Assembly: GCA_028698185.1 (NCBI GenBank)
Contig: JAQVDW010000024.1
Location: 1 to 25,904, forward strand
Length of the DNA: 25,904 nt
Source of the DNA: Erysipelotrichaceae bacterium
GTDB lineage: Bacteria; Bacillota_I; Bacilli_A; Erysipelotrichales; Coprobacillaceae
Direction: 5' to 3'
This document shows positions 25,346 to 25,904 of the stretch, piece after piece. A program made the position numbers and the translations under genes. Numbering within the stretch: the first letter of the stretch is position 1; the number at the start of each line of letters is the position of its first letter. Below the pieces are notes generated by a model that was not told the DNA's origin, did not search any database, and saw nothing but the letters and a program-made list of their open reading frames with translations.

Positions 25346-25904
25346 ACAGATTTCCACCGCGCCGTCTTCCTCGAAGCTGTAAACAAAGCAGACTTGGTTG
25401 ATGATGATATCGACAATTCCGGTTCCAATCAGCTTGATTAAAGGCTTTGCTGCGACAGTGCCTCCATTGACCACTTCGTCGGTGACTTGTCATCGATTTC
25501 TTTCCAGTAAGCCCACATTATCAACCGGACATTTTGCACCTTGAAGAAATCGTTTAGTCTGGCTTACTGAAAAGAATCATATATCCGTTCAATCCGGGGA
25601 ATGCCATAAATCAGGAAGTGCTTAGCCAAAAAACGAAGGAAGCGAAAAAGAGCGCGCACTGGTAAACATGCAGCAGAAGTAGGAGTTGCTCAATAAAATG
25701 GTCAAGAGCGACGAATCTTATATTGGAATCTACCTGGAAAAATTCATCGAAAAGATAGAGGATTTGAAAGATAACCAGACAAAAAAACAGTTATCGAGAC
25801 CTACCTTAACAAGGTGGAGATAACTGCCGAAGATGTAAATATTTATATGAACTCCTCTCATCTAGTTCGACTCGAGAAAAGCGCTATAAGATTGGTGGAG
25901 GTGG

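Noticed and set aside
1-25904. CRISPR arrays, rRNA and tRNA genes
   Set aside because: No regularly spaced direct repeats with unique spacers were seen on visual scanning of both strands. No cloverleaf-compatible or rRNA-like segments were seen either.

Overview
The window looks like a low-GC Gram-positive (Bacillota-like) chromosome segment. This is inferred from strong GGAGG-type ribosome-binding sites, an LTGC lipobox and a Bce-type peptide-antibiotic module. Almost every gene is on the minus strand.

Left to right:
- An MBL-fold hydrolase and a P-loop NTPase.
- About 800 bp with no credible gene.
- A complete BceRS-BceAB-like module (response regulator, intramembrane-sensing kinase, ABC ATPase, FtsX-type permease) with a perfect BceR-type inverted repeat in front of the ATPase gene.
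- An ADP-ribosylglycohydrolase followed by a 54-aa zinc-ribbon ORF that is below the ORF-track cutoff.
- Decayed PTS EIIA and BglG/LicT-type antiterminator remnants.
- Three genes of unknown function (Cys-rich 216 aa, acidic UPF0158-like, integrase core-binding-domain-only).
- A tightly packed six-gene uptake/catabolic operon: amino-acid ABC transporter with a frameshifted permease, a cytidylate-kinase-like protein, a class-III aminotransferase and an Fe-alcohol dehydrogenase. A PucR-family regulator is encoded divergently.
- A visibly more AT-rich accessory segment. It holds an 831-aa HelD/UvrD-type helicase with an inserted endonuclease-like module and a C-terminal zinc ribbon, plus a 53-aa two-TM ORF. 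A complete IS256-family element lies 2 nt from the helicase SD and truncates a DNA methyltransferase gene. Further right are a 453-bp gene-less element with three mirrored 22-bp repeats at each end, a 102-aa hypothetical ORF, an operator-like repeat array and coding remnants.

I saw no rRNA, tRNA or CRISPR array.

The best candidates for something undescribed are, in order:
1. The helicase / small membrane peptide / methyltransferase-remnant island.
2. The ADP-ribosylglycohydrolase + zinc-ribbon pair.
3. The three-gene unknown cluster.
4. The mirrored-repeat mini-element.

None of these can be assigned a function from sequence alone. Family calls rest on motifs read by eye, and no database search was possible.
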